In this document: piece by piece, positions 46,558 to 56,383 of the stretch
Layout: the number at the start of each line of letters is the position of its first letter
Position numbering within the stretch: position 1 is the first letter of the stretch
IMG/VR virus record: IMGVR_UViG_3300049460_000312
Coordinates: 62,001 to 126,000 of that record
Direction: 5' to 3' (one strand)
DNA: 64,000 bases
Notes under the pieces: generated by a model
The model's input: only the letters and a program-made list of their open reading frames with translations
Database searches by the model: none
What the model was told of the DNA's origin: nothing
Translations under genes and position numbers: made by a program

Positions 46558-48381
46558 TCAGAGCGAGGCGATCGACTGGTCCACGTACTTGAACACCGAG
46601 TACATCACGTCATGGGCTCGGTCTTCGATCCGCGAGAAAATCGTGGCGGACGTGTCTTCGTGCGCGTAGATCATGCCGATGGCGTTGCGCTGTTCTTCGC
46701 TCATCATGTCCCACAGATGGCGGACCGGACGATCCCACTCGAACCAGGCATCGACTTCGCCGAGTTCTTCGTCATTGAGCGCGCCTTTGAGCATCGGGAA
46801 ACTGACGTCGACGTCGATATACTCGAACAGCACGGTGAGGATGTCTTGCAGCTGCTTGACATCCCGAGCCTTACCCACGGCAACCGGAATCGGCTTGAGA
46901 TCGTAATCGATGTCCAGGTGCGCGTGGCCGCGAAAGTCCACCTGCTTCGGATGCACGGGGTTACCACCGATCCAGCCGTCGTACTTGCTCGCTTCCTTTT
47001 CCATGAAGGCTACGAAACCATTGCTGTCACGTACCCGTTCTGCATTGGCGACCAACGGCTTCATCGCTTCGTCCAGTACCTCCTGGGGCAGGTTGCCTTC
47101 GCGATCCATGGCACCTACCACCGTGCGTTCGAACTTCTGCACCAGCGGGCCAGCAAGACGTGCATAAGCCTTGACATTCTTGGCCATGCGCTCGTTCACA
47201 GCCGAGGCTTCCTTGAACATCTTGGCAAGCGCCGGAGCGATCTCTTCCGGCCGCGGACCCTGCCCGTTGATCGAGAGCTTCAGTTTATCGCCGGGCGTGA
47301 ACGATTTACTTGTCAACTGGAACTGGCTCGGATCAGCCAGGAACTTGCTGCAGCGCTTCCAGGCCGACTGGATGTCGAAGCGCTCGATCGGCTGTGCCGT
47401 CGGACCCGTCTTCACTTTGCTACGGAAGTAATCCATCAGGCCTTCGGTCGCCGGCTGCTTCGTGATCAACGTCTTGTCGAACATGGCGATATACAAGCCG
47501 CTCATGATCGGCGCAAGCTCGTACTCGATGAAGCTGGCGAGATCGCTGACGTTATTATCGTCCTGGCTGGAAAAGAGACTGCGGAAGATGTCATCGCCGT
47601 GTTTGAGATTGTCGTACTCGATCTCATCGGCCACACTATCCCAATAGGGAATGTAGTTCTCGTCACGAATCTTGTCTGCTTCGAGCGCCACAGCCATCAG
47701 AGCGCGCAGTGCATCGGCAAAAGCCTTGGCGTTGTGCTGGTTCGGCGCTTCGAGCTCGCCCGTGGTTTTCACCCGACCATAGGTGGTAAAGGAGAAATCC
47801 TTCGGGTCGGCAAAATTGATCGGGAAGGTGCACGAGCGGTCATCACACCCGAACGCCGGAGCCGGCCGTTTGAACGCCTTGCGAGCACGATCCACCGGTG
47901 ACTCATTGAGTTCTTTAGCGTGAGCTTCCCAGAACTTGTCGAGCTCGCCATTGTTCTTGATCCCTTCAGCTTGCTTACACAGCCGCTTGCGCAGCTCCGT
48001 ATGCGGCTTCTCAGTATGCGCAATCGTCTTCACGGTCGCGAGCATCTCGCCAGCGACCTTGGCGATCGCTTGCGGATTGGTGAGGGCCTTGCCGAACACG
48101 TTGGCCTGTGTCAGCCCGGCCACGTGAATCGTTTCCTGAGCTTCACCGAGGTTCTTCTTCACCCAGTCCGGATTGTCGTAGGTGCTGCGCAAGTCGCCTT
48201 CCAGATCACGGGAGAGCTTTTGCGCTGCATTCCAACTGTCCTTATGCAACAGCTCGGCGCGGGCCTGCTGCTTGCTCTTTTTTGCAAAAAGCTTTTTGAT
48301 CGTGTCGACAAACCCTTCGCACGCGGGTCCGTACTCGCCGAAGTCGCGTGCGTGTTCGTCTTGCAGTTGGAGGATCTTCAT
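46558..48381 (-). CDS. Putative internal head/ejection protein with two protease-site-led domains
   Basis: ACE|GFVDTIKKLF near the N-terminus and ATE|GLMDYFRSK mid-protein fit the S/A/G-x-E prohead-protease pattern of phiKZ-like head proteins. Confidence 0.5.
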   Translation of the reverse strand: MKILQLQDEHARDFGEYGPACEGFVDTIKKLFAKKSKQQARAELLHKDSWNAAQKLSRDLEGDLRSTYDNPDWVKKNLGEAQETIHVAGLTQANVFGKALTNPQAIAKVAGEMLATVKTIAHTEKPHTELRKRLCKQAEGIKNNGELDKFWEAHAKELNESPVDRARKAFKRPAPAFGCDDRSCTFPINFADPKDFSFTTYGRVKTTGELEAPNQHNAKAFADALRALMAVALEADKIRDENYIPYWDSVADEIEYDNLKHGDDIFRSLFSSQDDNNVSDLASFIEYELAPIMSGLYIAMFDKTLITKQPATEGLMDYFRSKVKTGPTAQPIERFDIQSAWKRCSKFLADPSQFQLTSKSFTPGDKLKLSINGQGPRPEEIAPALAKMFKEASAVNERMAKNVKAYARLAGPLVQKFERTVVGAMDREGNLPQEVLDEAMKPLVANAERVRDSNGFVAFMEKEASKYDGWIGGNPVHPKQVDFRGHAHLDIDYDLKPIPVAVGKARDVKQLQDILTVLFEYIDVDVSFPMLKGALNDEELGEVDAWFEWDRPVRHLWDMMSEEQRNAIGMIYAHEDTSATIFSRIEDRAHDVMYSVFKYVDQSIASL

Positions 48382-48383
48382 GA

Positions 48384-48785
48384 TCAGCTGATCAGTTGCA
48401 GGTCGATGTTGTTATAGCCGTTCTGTGTGAGACAGATCCGGATGCGTTCGAGGTCGGCCGAACCCACGCCGTCGATGATGGCCTGGACCTTGAGGGCCTC
48501 GACCAGTTCCACGGTGTCGTCGATAATCCAGGGAATCCCGACCACAGTCTGATCGCCGCTTTCGGTGCGCAGCAACAGGTAGTCGAAGTCCTGGGGACGA
48601 TTGGGGGTGCCCGCAGGCAGATAGGGGTAGACGTTGATGTGCAACGCTTCGATATCAGCAAAGCCCAGGGCCGTGTTGTAATCGAGAATTGCGAGCGCGG
48701 TCACTTTCTTGAACGACGTCCCGATGACAGCACTCGGGTACACGTCGAATGAATAAACCTTGCGGTTAACGAATGCGTAAGCCAT
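48384..48785 (-). CDS. Conserved-type phiKZ-like small beta-rich (virion) protein
   Basis: Start MAYAFVNRKVYSFDVYP, coupled to 46558..48381. Confidence 0.65.
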   Translation of the reverse strand: MAYAFVNRKVYSFDVYPSAVIGTSFKKVTALAILDYNTALGFADIEALHINVYPYLPAGTPNRPQDFDYLLLRTESGDQTVVGIPWIIDDTVELVEALKVQAIIDGVGSADLERIRICLTQNGYNNIDLQLIS

Positions 48786-48850
48786 AGTAAAAATGGGTCC
48801 ATGAGGGAAACATAAAATTACCCCCATTCGCTACGGCAAAAAAGAAAAGA

Positions 48851-48898
48851 GCCGACATAGAGCGAGCGGGGCTTACGCCTCGCTCGCCTTATGCCGTC
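48851..48898. promoter_or_regulatory. CATA-hairpin-TATG element
   Basis: GACATA-GAGCGAGCG...CCTCGCTCGCC-TTATGCCGTC. Confidence 0.65.
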
Positions 48899-49277
48899 AA
48901 TAGAACAGAACTGCCGCATTGTTCACCCGTGCCATTTCATAGCGTCTTGCATGAAACACGTCGTAAATCCCGCGTTCCAGCAGATAAGCGTTGAAATCAT
49001 TGGTCAGATCGTCGAACACCTTCGCGATATACTTCCTCGTGAAGGTATCGTGGATATGTAACTCATCCAGCAAGTCGTCACTGGGGAACACCGACGCCTC
49101 GTTATCGAAGTACGTCAGCTGCCGCCAGTGTTCGAACATCGCTTCGACGATGCGATTAAAGCATGATGCACTGATCGGTTTTGGCAGAATAATCCGTTCG
49201 ATAGCTCGCTTGCATTTGCTGAGCGGCAAATGAAGGCTGAGTGACAACGGTTGGTCTGAAGGTTGGTAAGTTTGCAT
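48897..49277 (-). CDS. Hypothetical protein
   Basis: 126-aa ORF; start uncertain because it overlaps the upstream ORF. Confidence 0.55.
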   Translation of the reverse strand: MQTYQPSDQPLSLSLHLPLSKCKRAIERIILPKPISASCFNRIVEAMFEHWRQLTYFDNEASVFPSDDLLDELHIHDTFTRKYIAKVFDDLTNDFNAYLLERGIYDVFHARRYEMARVNNAAVLFY

Positions 49278-49725
49278 CGAACACTATTTTTGTCAAAAAC
49301 AAGTATCTACCTTTGTGCAGCTGATAGAACTCGTAAGGGAAGAACTCTGCATGTGATTGCATGCAAGTGTCAAAACTTGCCAGCAGGAAATTGCAGACGC
49401 TCTCGACGCCCCGGATCAATGCGTTCACTTCCCAGATCCCGCCGTCTTCATCCAGACCACCGTCCAGACCGGTTTCCAGGCACAGCGCGGTGAGCTCCAT
49501 ACGGAACGCGGCCTTGCTGATTTCATAATTGCTCCGCGCGGAGATTAACTCCAGCGCTTTCTTGATGCACAACTCGTGGGGGGCGCTCAGTGCTTGCAGC
49601 GTGTTGGTGAATATGTGGAGCTCGCGCAGCGCCTCCAACATATCCAGACTCACAATGCCTGGAAGGACTGGGTTGGGGGAAAACCCACCCACGAGGTCAT
49701 CGCCTGCGCTCAGTAGAGATTGCAT
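49156..49725 (-). CDS. Hypothetical protein
   Basis: Probable start MQSLL with a GAGG RBS inside ORF 49156..49935. Confidence 0.55.
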   Translation of the reverse strand: MQSLLSAGDDLVGGFSPNPVLPGIVSLDMLEALRELHIFTNTLQALSAPHELCIKKALELISARSNYEISKAAFRMELTALCLETGLDGGLDEDGGIWEVNALIRGVESVCNFLLASFDTCMQSHAEFFPYEFYQLHKGRYLFLTKIVFDANLPTFRPTVVTQPSFAAQQMQASYRTDYSAKTDQCIML

Positions 49726-49747
49726 GTCAAATGCCTCGTCTCGGTAA

Positions 49748-50149
49748 TCATAGACTCCGGAGATAAATAACTCGGCCGTCAAAGGAGTGGAATTCATAGG
49801 GAAACTTCCCGGAAGCGTCATAACGCCCAGCATTCTGGAGCGTCGTGTGTAGGTATTGGGCAACGATTTTTGTTCTTTCCGCGACGCTAAACATAAACTG
49901 CTGGGTACGCTCCGCGTGCTTCGCGGGCTCCCCATTGGACAGACAGTGGTGGTAGTATTCGCCTTCCGTCATATCGTACAACAGGTCGTTCAGATCAGTG
50001 GTAAACTCAGCATCGTACTTTAACGTGCCCACCAGATCGCTCATGAAGTAAAATTCAGGAGCGCCTACAGAATCTAGTTCTTTCAACAGTTGTTTCAACT
50101 CAGGTGCCTTCGGACCTGCGTGAATGATGGCGTAATGTTGGTCCATCAC
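49748..50149 (-). CDS. Hypothetical protein
   Basis: 133-aa ORF with a GGAGAG RBS. Confidence 0.65.
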   Translation of the reverse strand: MMDQHYAIIHAGPKAPELKQLLKELDSVGAPEFYFMSDLVGTLKYDAEFTTDLNDLLYDMTEGEYYHHCLSNGEPAKHAERTQQFMFSVAERTKIVAQYLHTTLQNAGRYDASGKFPYEFHSFDGRVIYLRSL

Positions 50150-50155
50150 ACTCTC

Positions 50156-50557
50156 CTATTTGAGGAGGAACGACCCTGAATCAAACTTGCAGTTAGCTGC
50201 AATGCGCTTCACCTCAGAGAGGCCTGCATTCTCACCCAGGCGTTTGAGGGAAGTCTTGGCAAATCGATACACGTCGAAGGTGCGACGATAGAATTCACGC
50301 TTATCAGCCTGATACATTTCCATTGTCGCTGTATTCTCATCCAGACGCATCTGGTAATACGACTCGAAGACATTATCGATCTGCTCGAAAAAGTGCAGCA
50401 TGTCACCATCGAGGACGTTTTCCAGCGCCACTCCAAAGACAGCACTGGCCCCGCCATCGAAGCGACTGAAGAAATCCCGTTGATCCCGCAGCGAGTAACG
50501 CCCCGCGTCACCGATGGGATTCGGGTAATTGACGACGATTGCGTTCCTGGCGATCAT
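50156..50557 (-). CDS. Hypothetical protein
   Basis: 133-aa ORF with a GAGG RBS. Confidence 0.65.
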   Translation of the reverse strand: MIARNAIVVNYPNPIGDAGRYSLRDQRDFFSRFDGGASAVFGVALENVLDGDMLHFFEQIDNVFESYYQMRLDENTATMEMYQADKREFYRRTFDVYRFAKTSLKRLGENAGLSEVKRIAANCKFDSGSFLLK

Positions 50558-50639
50558 GGGTTTCTACCTCGCGAAAGTTATCGACATAAAAAGAAGATGC
50601 TCAGCGTAAATTCACGCCGAGCTTTCTCGTTTTCTTGGC

Positions 50640-51065
50640 TTAGCCGAAGACACGGCCCATCATGCGCACGACCCACGGAATGGGCGGCACCACACGACGG
50701 TTCAGGTTCTCGCGGTTCACGTACAGCGTCAGCTCACCGAGCTTGTGCAGCGGCACGGTGTTGTAGCCGATTTTATACTCACCCGTCTGCTTGTTCAGAC
50801 TCATGGACAGGAATTGCCCCTGCCAGGTGAACACGTTCACCTGCGGCTGCCCGGTCGGAAACAGTGCCGGATCAATACTGGGGAACAACCCCGTCAGACG
50901 CATCAGCCAGGGCCTAGCGAACTGCACGCTATGGATGCTATCAGTCATGTCGAAGCTGTCGCGCACCGCGTCCAGTTCCTGCAATTCCGTCAGCGCCAGC
51001 AGGTTGCCCTGCAGTTGGTCTTTATCAGCGAGGCTGATCTTGATTTTAGTTTTTGAGGTGATCAT
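50640..51065 (-). CDS. Hypothetical protein
   Basis: 141-aa ORF within a tight operon. Confidence 0.65.
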   Translation of the reverse strand: MITSKTKIKISLADKDQLQGNLLALTELQELDAVRDSFDMTDSIHSVQFARPWLMRLTGLFPSIDPALFPTGQPQVNVFTWQGQFLSMSLNKQTGEYKIGYNTVPLHKLGELTLYVNRENLNRRVVPPIPWVVRMMGRVFG

Positions 51066-51068
51066 CTT

Positions 51069-51620
51069 TCAGGTGGAGGGAAAAGCAGACGCCAGCCACG
51101 AAGGCAAATATCCGAGGCAACCCGTGATCACAGCACGACCGTCCAGCGGAACGAAGCCGGGGTAGGTCACGCCTTGCAGGACTGGCGTATAGATCACCAG
51201 GTCACGGGTTTCGGGATAGAACTTGTACAAACATTCGTTCGGCCGATGGTTGTACGCCTGATTACCAGGCAACTGCACCATCAACGCACGATGGGTGATC
51301 ATATCCGCCAGCGACCAGAAGATCTCTCCCAGTGCCTCAATGGCGCCGGCGAGTTCCTGCTGGTTCAACGGCACGACCGGACCTTGGGGAGCAATCCCGC
51401 CAGTCGTAAAGAAGGGAAACACCAGCGTGCGATCTTCCACGGTGTAATGTGGTTTGCTGGTGCTGGGCGGCTCTCCATAGAAGTAGTCACCCAGCATCAC
51501 CCGCAGGGTTTCGCCGATATCGATCACCGACGCGGCGCCGATGTACTCGGTGAACTGGTGGTCGAGCTCCTGAAGCGACAAGCGCTTCTCGTGATACTGC
51601 GGAATGGCACTCTGGCTCAT
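51069..51620 (-). CDS. Hypothetical protein
   Basis: ATGA overlap with the upstream gene's stop codon. Confidence 0.65.
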   Translation of the reverse strand: MSQSAIPQYHEKRLSLQELDHQFTEYIGAASVIDIGETLRVMLGDYFYGEPPSTSKPHYTVEDRTLVFPFFTTGGIAPQGPVVPLNQQELAGAIEALGEIFWSLADMITHRALMVQLPGNQAYNHRPNECLYKFYPETRDLVIYTPVLQGVTYPGFVPLDGRAVITGCLGYLPSWLASAFPST

Positions 51621-52555
51621 TGATTCAGTTCCCAATGCAGAATGCGATAGTCACCCAGACACAACACGGTCACGCCGCGCTCGTGTGTCGGTATCGCGTA
51701 ATAGACGTCGTAGCCCCGGGCCGGATGCAACGAGAGTTCGGCCAGATCCCGCATCGTCGGGAAGTGGGCAGTCATGATGCGCTCCAGGCTCACCGCAAGC
51801 TCACGCAACACGCACTGAACCTGTTGCTTGTCCCAGAACTCCTGACGGATACGCAGCTCCGCTTCCACAGCACGGGCATCGTAGCCCGCCATACCCAGCT
51901 CACGCGGCACATCCGCACCCTGCAAGCGGTAACGGGTCTGCTCGCCACCAGCGTCCTGATACATCAGCTCCAGATCGCTCTTGAGCTCGGGCAGTTCCAG
52001 CTCGACCAGCCGATCCAGATTCAGATACTTCTGCAAGAAATGCTGGGTCGGTTCACGATGGTTGTGCGTCCAGATCTGATCGACGTTCAGCGACCAGTTC
52101 AGGAAGTCGGCCACCAGTTCGCACATCACCGGATTCATCATGAAATCGTACATCCGGTCCTGCCAGACGTGCGCGATATGTGTCCGACTGGAAAGTGCGT
52201 AGGGTGCACCGACGCGAAAGATATTGCCGTCGGGCATGTCATCGACTGCAAACGGATTGATCGGGTAGATCTTGCCGTCCGTTTCCTGCACATACTGCCA
52301 GTCTTCGCGGAAAAGCATCGTGCCATTGGGTGAGCGGATGACTTCCAGCTGCGGCTTGAAGTCCAGTACCTGTTCCAGAGCGCTAGCGATCGGCCCCGCG
52401 ACGTTAGCGAGCGAGGTGTGAGCGAGATTGGTCGCGAACTTCTGCAGCGCACTAGCGCGGTGCGAGCAGTACGCGATATCGGTGAAGCTCAAGTCTCGAT
52501 TCGAAAGAAAGGTCTGCGGAACCGAGGTATGGGAATAGTTTGTTTGATCCGACAT
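51617..52555 (-). CDS. Hypothetical protein
   Basis: Long ORF with biased codons; start uncertain. Confidence 0.6.
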   Translation of the reverse strand: MSDQTNYSHTSVPQTFLSNRDLSFTDIAYCSHRASALQKFATNLAHTSLANVAGPIASALEQVLDFKPQLEVIRSPNGTMLFREDWQYVQETDGKIYPINPFAVDDMPDGNIFRVGAPYALSSRTHIAHVWQDRMYDFMMNPVMCELVADFLNWSLNVDQIWTHNHREPTQHFLQKYLNLDRLVELELPELKSDLELMYQDAGGEQTRYRLQGADVPRELGMAGYDARAVEAELRIRQEFWDKQQVQCVLRELAVSLERIMTAHFPTMRDLAELSLHPARGYDVYYAIPTHERGVTVLCLGDYRILHWELNQ

Positions 52556-52811
52556 CTTCTTGAAGGGTGTAGGTTTCCTCGCCCTCAATGCGGCGATAAT
52601 TCGAGCGTACCAACGTTGCAATAGGCTCCATCCTCGGATCATACGGAGGGTCAAGGTCTATTAGCATCACGTCTTCTACCGCCCGGGCGATGATATATGT
52701 CAGCCACTTTTCAAGTGGGATCGTCTTCGTGTCCGCACTGAAAAGAATCAGATCCTGACAGATCTGCTGAATAATCTCTTTCGCAGTGAAGGCTATGGCA
52801 ACTTGAGACAT
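52452..52811 (-). CDS. Hypothetical protein
   Basis: Start MSQVAIAF with an AAGGGAG RBS. Confidence 0.55.
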   Translation of the reverse strand: MSQVAIAFTAKEIIQQICQDLILFSADTKTIPLEKWLTYIIARAVEDVMLIDLDPPYDPRMEPIATLVRSNYRRIEGEETYTLQEDVGSNKLFPYLGSADLSFESRLELHRYRVLLAPR

Positions 52812-52935
52812 CAGGGCTCTCCCTTGAGTCACACATGAGATTGGCCACGGCGGTAAAAAACAATCGACAGCATAACTACCCCTCCCCGGACCGCGCGAGC
52901 GGCCTGGAGAGGGGTTTTAAGCCGCCTGAGGGCTA

Positions 52936-53958
52936 TTACTCCGCGAGGAACCCACCAACCAGCTGTTCATCACCGTCGAGCACCTCGCTCTGGGTGGTGT
53001 AAGCGGCTGCCGCCTTTTCCATGTCGGCCAGGATACCCTTAAGCCGCGCCGAGATATCGTTGAACGGATAGGCTTTCGTCACCAGGTGCAGCGGTGCACG
53101 TTCCGTGACTTCCTTTTCAATGGCCGACGGCATCACGCCGTAGCAGGTGTAGGGAATCACGAAGTCGATGCCACGCGCATCCTTGTTCACGACAGCGGAC
53201 GCGACCGTGATCGTGTCCTTGTGCTCTTCCGCGTCGAGCTTGCCGACGAACGTCTGCAGGCCAGCTGCATGCGTCTTGAACGCCGTCATGCGATCGAAGT
53301 TCAGGAAGTTGTACATGTCGCGGGTGTCGAGCCCTTCGTTCTGACGCGAGAACAGCACGGAGAGCGCCACCACCAGATCGTTGATCTCCGTATCGACTTC
53401 CGAGGGCGGAGTGTCCTTGTTGTTCTCGAAGTACGCGACGGCGATCGACTTCTTGTTCGCCGCGACCAGGCCTTCGAACGTCTTGAACGTCGCGAGCGTG
53501 TTCTTGATCTCGGTGCCCGAGTCCAGCACGCCAACCGTGATCGCGACCACCAGCTCGTCCTGCGCGAGCAGTTCATTGATGACGGCTGCTGCCATCGGCG
53601 CACCCGTGCCGCCCGAGGCCGACGAGAGCACAACGTTCAGGTAACCCGGCTTGTGCTTTTGCAGCATGTCCTTCGCGTGCTTGAGCATCGCCGCCGACAG
53701 GTGCTTGCGCTCCTTGCCTGCGCCGTCCGGTTCCTTGCCCGACGCATCGGTCTTCGGCAGCTTGTAGATCTTGTCCTGTGGCAGGCTCGGCTTCAGGTTC
53801 GAGTTCGACGAATCGAAGTAGACGACATCGATCGTGGCCATGCCCGCTTCGACGTGGCTGCGGTAGTTCTCGAAGTTCGAGCCGATATTGATCCCTGCGC
53901 CACCGCAGGCATACAGCTTGATCGTGCCCAGCTCCGGTGCTTGTGCTTGTTGTTCCAT
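52936..53958 (-). CDS. phuZ: PhuZ/TubZ tubulin-like spindle GTPase
   Basis: IKLYACGGAGINIG, FDSSNSN, GAGKER, the tubulin signature SASGGTGA and a D-DM loop. Confidence 0.93.
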   Translation of the reverse strand: MEQQAQAPELGTIKLYACGGAGINIGSNFENYRSHVEAGMATIDVVYFDSSNSNLKPSLPQDKIYKLPKTDASGKEPDGAGKERKHLSAAMLKHAKDMLQKHKPGYLNVVLSSASGGTGAPMAAAVINELLAQDELVVAITVGVLDSGTEIKNTLATFKTFEGLVAANKKSIAVAYFENNKDTPPSEVDTEINDLVVALSVLFSRQNEGLDTRDMYNFLNFDRMTAFKTHAAGLQTFVGKLDAEEHKDTITVASAVVNKDARGIDFVIPYTCYGVMPSAIEKEVTERAPLHLVTKAYPFNDISARLKGILADMEKAAAAYTTQSEVLDGDEQLVGGFLAE

Positions 53959-54044
53959 GATCCTTCCCTTTAATGCGTGGTTATAAAAAAAGAAAAAGTG
54001 CCCGACTGTTCTCGTACACACAAGAAAAGGTCGGGCTGTAAAAC

Positions 54045-54254
54045 TTAATCATCCCAGTTCTGGTTGTCAGCCAGTTCCTGAGCCCACGATGCAATCGCAG
54101 CGCGCTGGATTGCGGACAGCGTTGACCAGATTAGCTGAACCTGACTGGGAACTTCCCAACGCCAGTCATGAACCTTGTGGGCTTCACTCCAGGCCGGATC
54201 ATGATAGTCGCTGGGTACAGCGCAGGGGTTGCCCCGGGCGTTGTGGATTTCCAT
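54045..54254 (-). CDS. Small hypothetical protein
   Basis: 69-aa Trp-rich ORF between two core genes. Confidence 0.55.
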   Translation of the reverse strand: MEIHNARGNPCAVPSDYHDPAWSEAHKVHDWRWEVPSQVQLIWSTLSAIQRAAIASWAQELADNQNWDD

Positions 54255-54255
54255 C

Positions 54256-55137
54256 TCAGGGCTTCAGCGCGAAGGTTTCATCCTTGGCGCTGTCTTCGTC
54301 ATCCTTGATCACCGTCACCTTGACACCTTTCGTACCGTCAGCGTTGGTAATCATCAGCGGACCATCTGCAGGAACGACTTCGTTGATGTCCGGGAACTTC
54401 TTGTACTTGATTTCGTCACCGTAGAGATTCAGCGGATAACGACCCGGTTCACCGAACTCGATCGGAGTACGGATCATGCTTTCGCCACCGATGACGAGAC
54501 CGTCTTCCGTAATCATCGGCTTGTCTGCCATGATGACCGCGAGATCGGTGCCGTAACGATAACCTCCGGCTGGCACCCGCTCGATCGACTCGTCGACAGC
54601 CTTCTGCATGTCTTCCGGACGGATCACCAACCCCTTCGACTCTGCATCGAAGCTGACTGCAACGGACGAGGCGGGTTTGGAGAAGTCGACCACACCACCC
54701 AGGGCAGGGAAGTAGGCTTCACCGTGATGCTGGCTCAGATCCAGAAACTCGTGGGTCGCCATCATCTCGACATTGGCGGGGGTGTGTTCGTGGCCGAGAT
54801 CAGCCCGCTCGGGAATATTCGTTTCCGGATCGACTTTCGGCAGGTTGTCACCGAACAGGGCCTGCAATGCATCGGCCCCTTCCTGGACCACCGGCTGCGC
54901 AGTCGCCGCTTCCGTGTACACGGTACGCTGCTGGTCGATCATCGCCTGCTTGTGTTTGTTGACCAGCTTGAAGTGGGCTTCGCGACGGTCCTGTTCGCGC
55001 TGCACTTTGGCGCGATTCTTCATCAAACGCTTCTGCACACCCTTGTTGCGGAACTTGGCGTGCGTGATGCCGGCAGCGACAGCCTCGTCGACTTGACCCT
55101 TGGTGATCTTGGTGTTCAGCAGTTTAGCTTGGCTCAT
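54256..55137 (-). CDS. Hypothetical protein carrying an RNAP-beta-derived segment near its C-terminus
   Basis: Basic N-terminus. YPLNLYGDEIKYKKFPDINEVVPADGPLM matches FPLNLYGDETIYKPFPDIGDYVRPDGLLM in the nvRNAP beta of this window. AAAAAGGA RBS. Confidence 0.75.
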   Translation of the reverse strand: MSQAKLLNTKITKGQVDEAVAAGITHAKFRNKGVQKRLMKNRAKVQREQDRREAHFKLVNKHKQAMIDQQRTVYTEAATAQPVVQEGADALQALFGDNLPKVDPETNIPERADLGHEHTPANVEMMATHEFLDLSQHHGEAYFPALGGVVDFSKPASSVAVSFDAESKGLVIRPEDMQKAVDESIERVPAGGYRYGTDLAVIMADKPMITEDGLVIGGESMIRTPIEFGEPGRYPLNLYGDEIKYKKFPDINEVVPADGPLMITNADGTKGVKVTVIKDDEDSAKDETFALKP

Positions 55138-55219
55138 GATACTTTCCTTTTTGTGGTGTAAAGGGGATTGGCGATATAATTGCGCCATACTGTAGAAAAC
55201 AACTCACGTTGCACTAGTT

Positions 55220-55245
55220 CAGATTAGTAATATGTGGGCAACGTT
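55220..55245 (-). promoter_or_regulatory. Putative phage promoter, CATATTAC motif
   Basis: The minus strand reads GCCCACATATTACTAATCTG, about 90 nt upstream of 55137, the head of the PhuZ operon. Confidence 0.65.
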
Positions 55246-55508
55246 GCTTTGAATTGAGCAATGGTTTTCGCTTGAGCGTCGTGAACTTATCTCACGGCTG
55301 GTTACCAAAGTGTTGCCTCGATGGCACGTCTAACTTTTGGTTTTATGAAACTCACACACCCTCCGCCTATGGCTACCGTGCGTGAGTGAACCGGTTATCT
55401 GAAAGAAGTGATTGCCGAGCGGGTTCGGTCTCCTCGGAATCGCAATCTCCTTTCCTTCTCTGACCTGTTTGCTCGCCACGAGCACTACAACGCGAAAAGA
55501 GATTGAAC

Positions 55509-56318
55509 ATGAATGCCCTTCGCAAAGCGCTGGACGAAATCAAATTCGTTATTCCGCGCTCGGTCCTTGAGACTGTCTTTATCAAGCGCCACTCGAACTA
55601 CCGAGTGGCTCAGGCACCGACGAGCTTGGATGACCAAGTTCTGAATGCCGTAATCCGTCCGCGCGTCTTTATCGACACCAACCTGGTGGGTGGTGCGGAA
55701 ATCCTGGTTTCTCTGGAAGGTCTGGACGGCGACGAAGTCAACACCACGGATATGGTGTACCGCATTCCGAAGAACCGTACCCAGAACCGCTCCATCATGA
55801 GCGTGCTCAACGTGACCTACGTGGATGCACAATCGATGGCGGCCGCTGGTCAGTACGCCTCCTGCGGCGTGTCTGCTGAGCAAAGTGCAGCCCAGCAGCT
55901 GCTCGATGCGGTATCACCCCTGCCACTGATCTCGACCGGCCGCATCACGTTGATCGGTGAGAACGTGGTGCTGATCCGTGACTCGATCCGCATTCCGTCG
56001 AACAGCTACCTGCGGTGTATCGTCGCGCACGATGAGGCGATGAGCCACATCCAGCCGCGTAGCTACAAGGCCTTCTGCAAGCTGGTGGAGTACGCCGTCA
56101 AGTCCTACATCTACAACGAGTACATCGTTGAACTGGATATGGGCGAGCTGCGTGGGGGTCACAATCTCGGCAAGTTCAAGGACATCATCGAAGGTTACTC
56201 GGACGCCGAGGAACTCTACGAGACGTACCTCGCTGAGAAGTGGGCCAAGATCAGTTTCCAGAATGATCGGGAAGGCATGAACCGGTGGATGAAGCTGCTC
56301 ATCGGTGGTCCGCGCTAA
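55509..56318 (+). CDS. Conserved-type chimallivirus protein (probably virion structural)
   Basis: About 269-aa ORF with strong codon bias, ending at a bidirectional hairpin. Confidence 0.7.
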   Translation: MNALRKALDEIKFVIPRSVLETVFIKRHSNYRVAQAPTSLDDQVLNAVIRPRVFIDTNLVGGAEILVSLEGLDGDEVNTTDMVYRIPKNRTQNRSIMSVLNVTYVDAQSMAAAGQYASCGVSAEQSAAQQLLDAVSPLPLISTGRITLIGENVVLIRDSIRIPSNSYLRCIVAHDEAMSHIQPRSYKAFCKLVEYAVKSYIYNEYIVELDMGELRGGHNLGKFKDIIEGYSDAEELYETYLAEKWAKISFQNDREGMNRWMKLLIGGPR

Positions 56319-56334
56319 GCAAGAAAAAAAGCAA

Positions 56335-56382
56335 CGACATAGAAGCGGAGTGGGCTTGCGCCCACTCCGCTCTTTATGCCGC
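56335..56382. terminator. Bidirectional CATA-hairpin-TATG element
   Basis: CGACATAGAA-GCGGAGTGGGC-TT-GCGCCCACTCCGC-TCTTTATGCCGC. Confidence 0.75.
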
Positions 56383-56383
56383 T

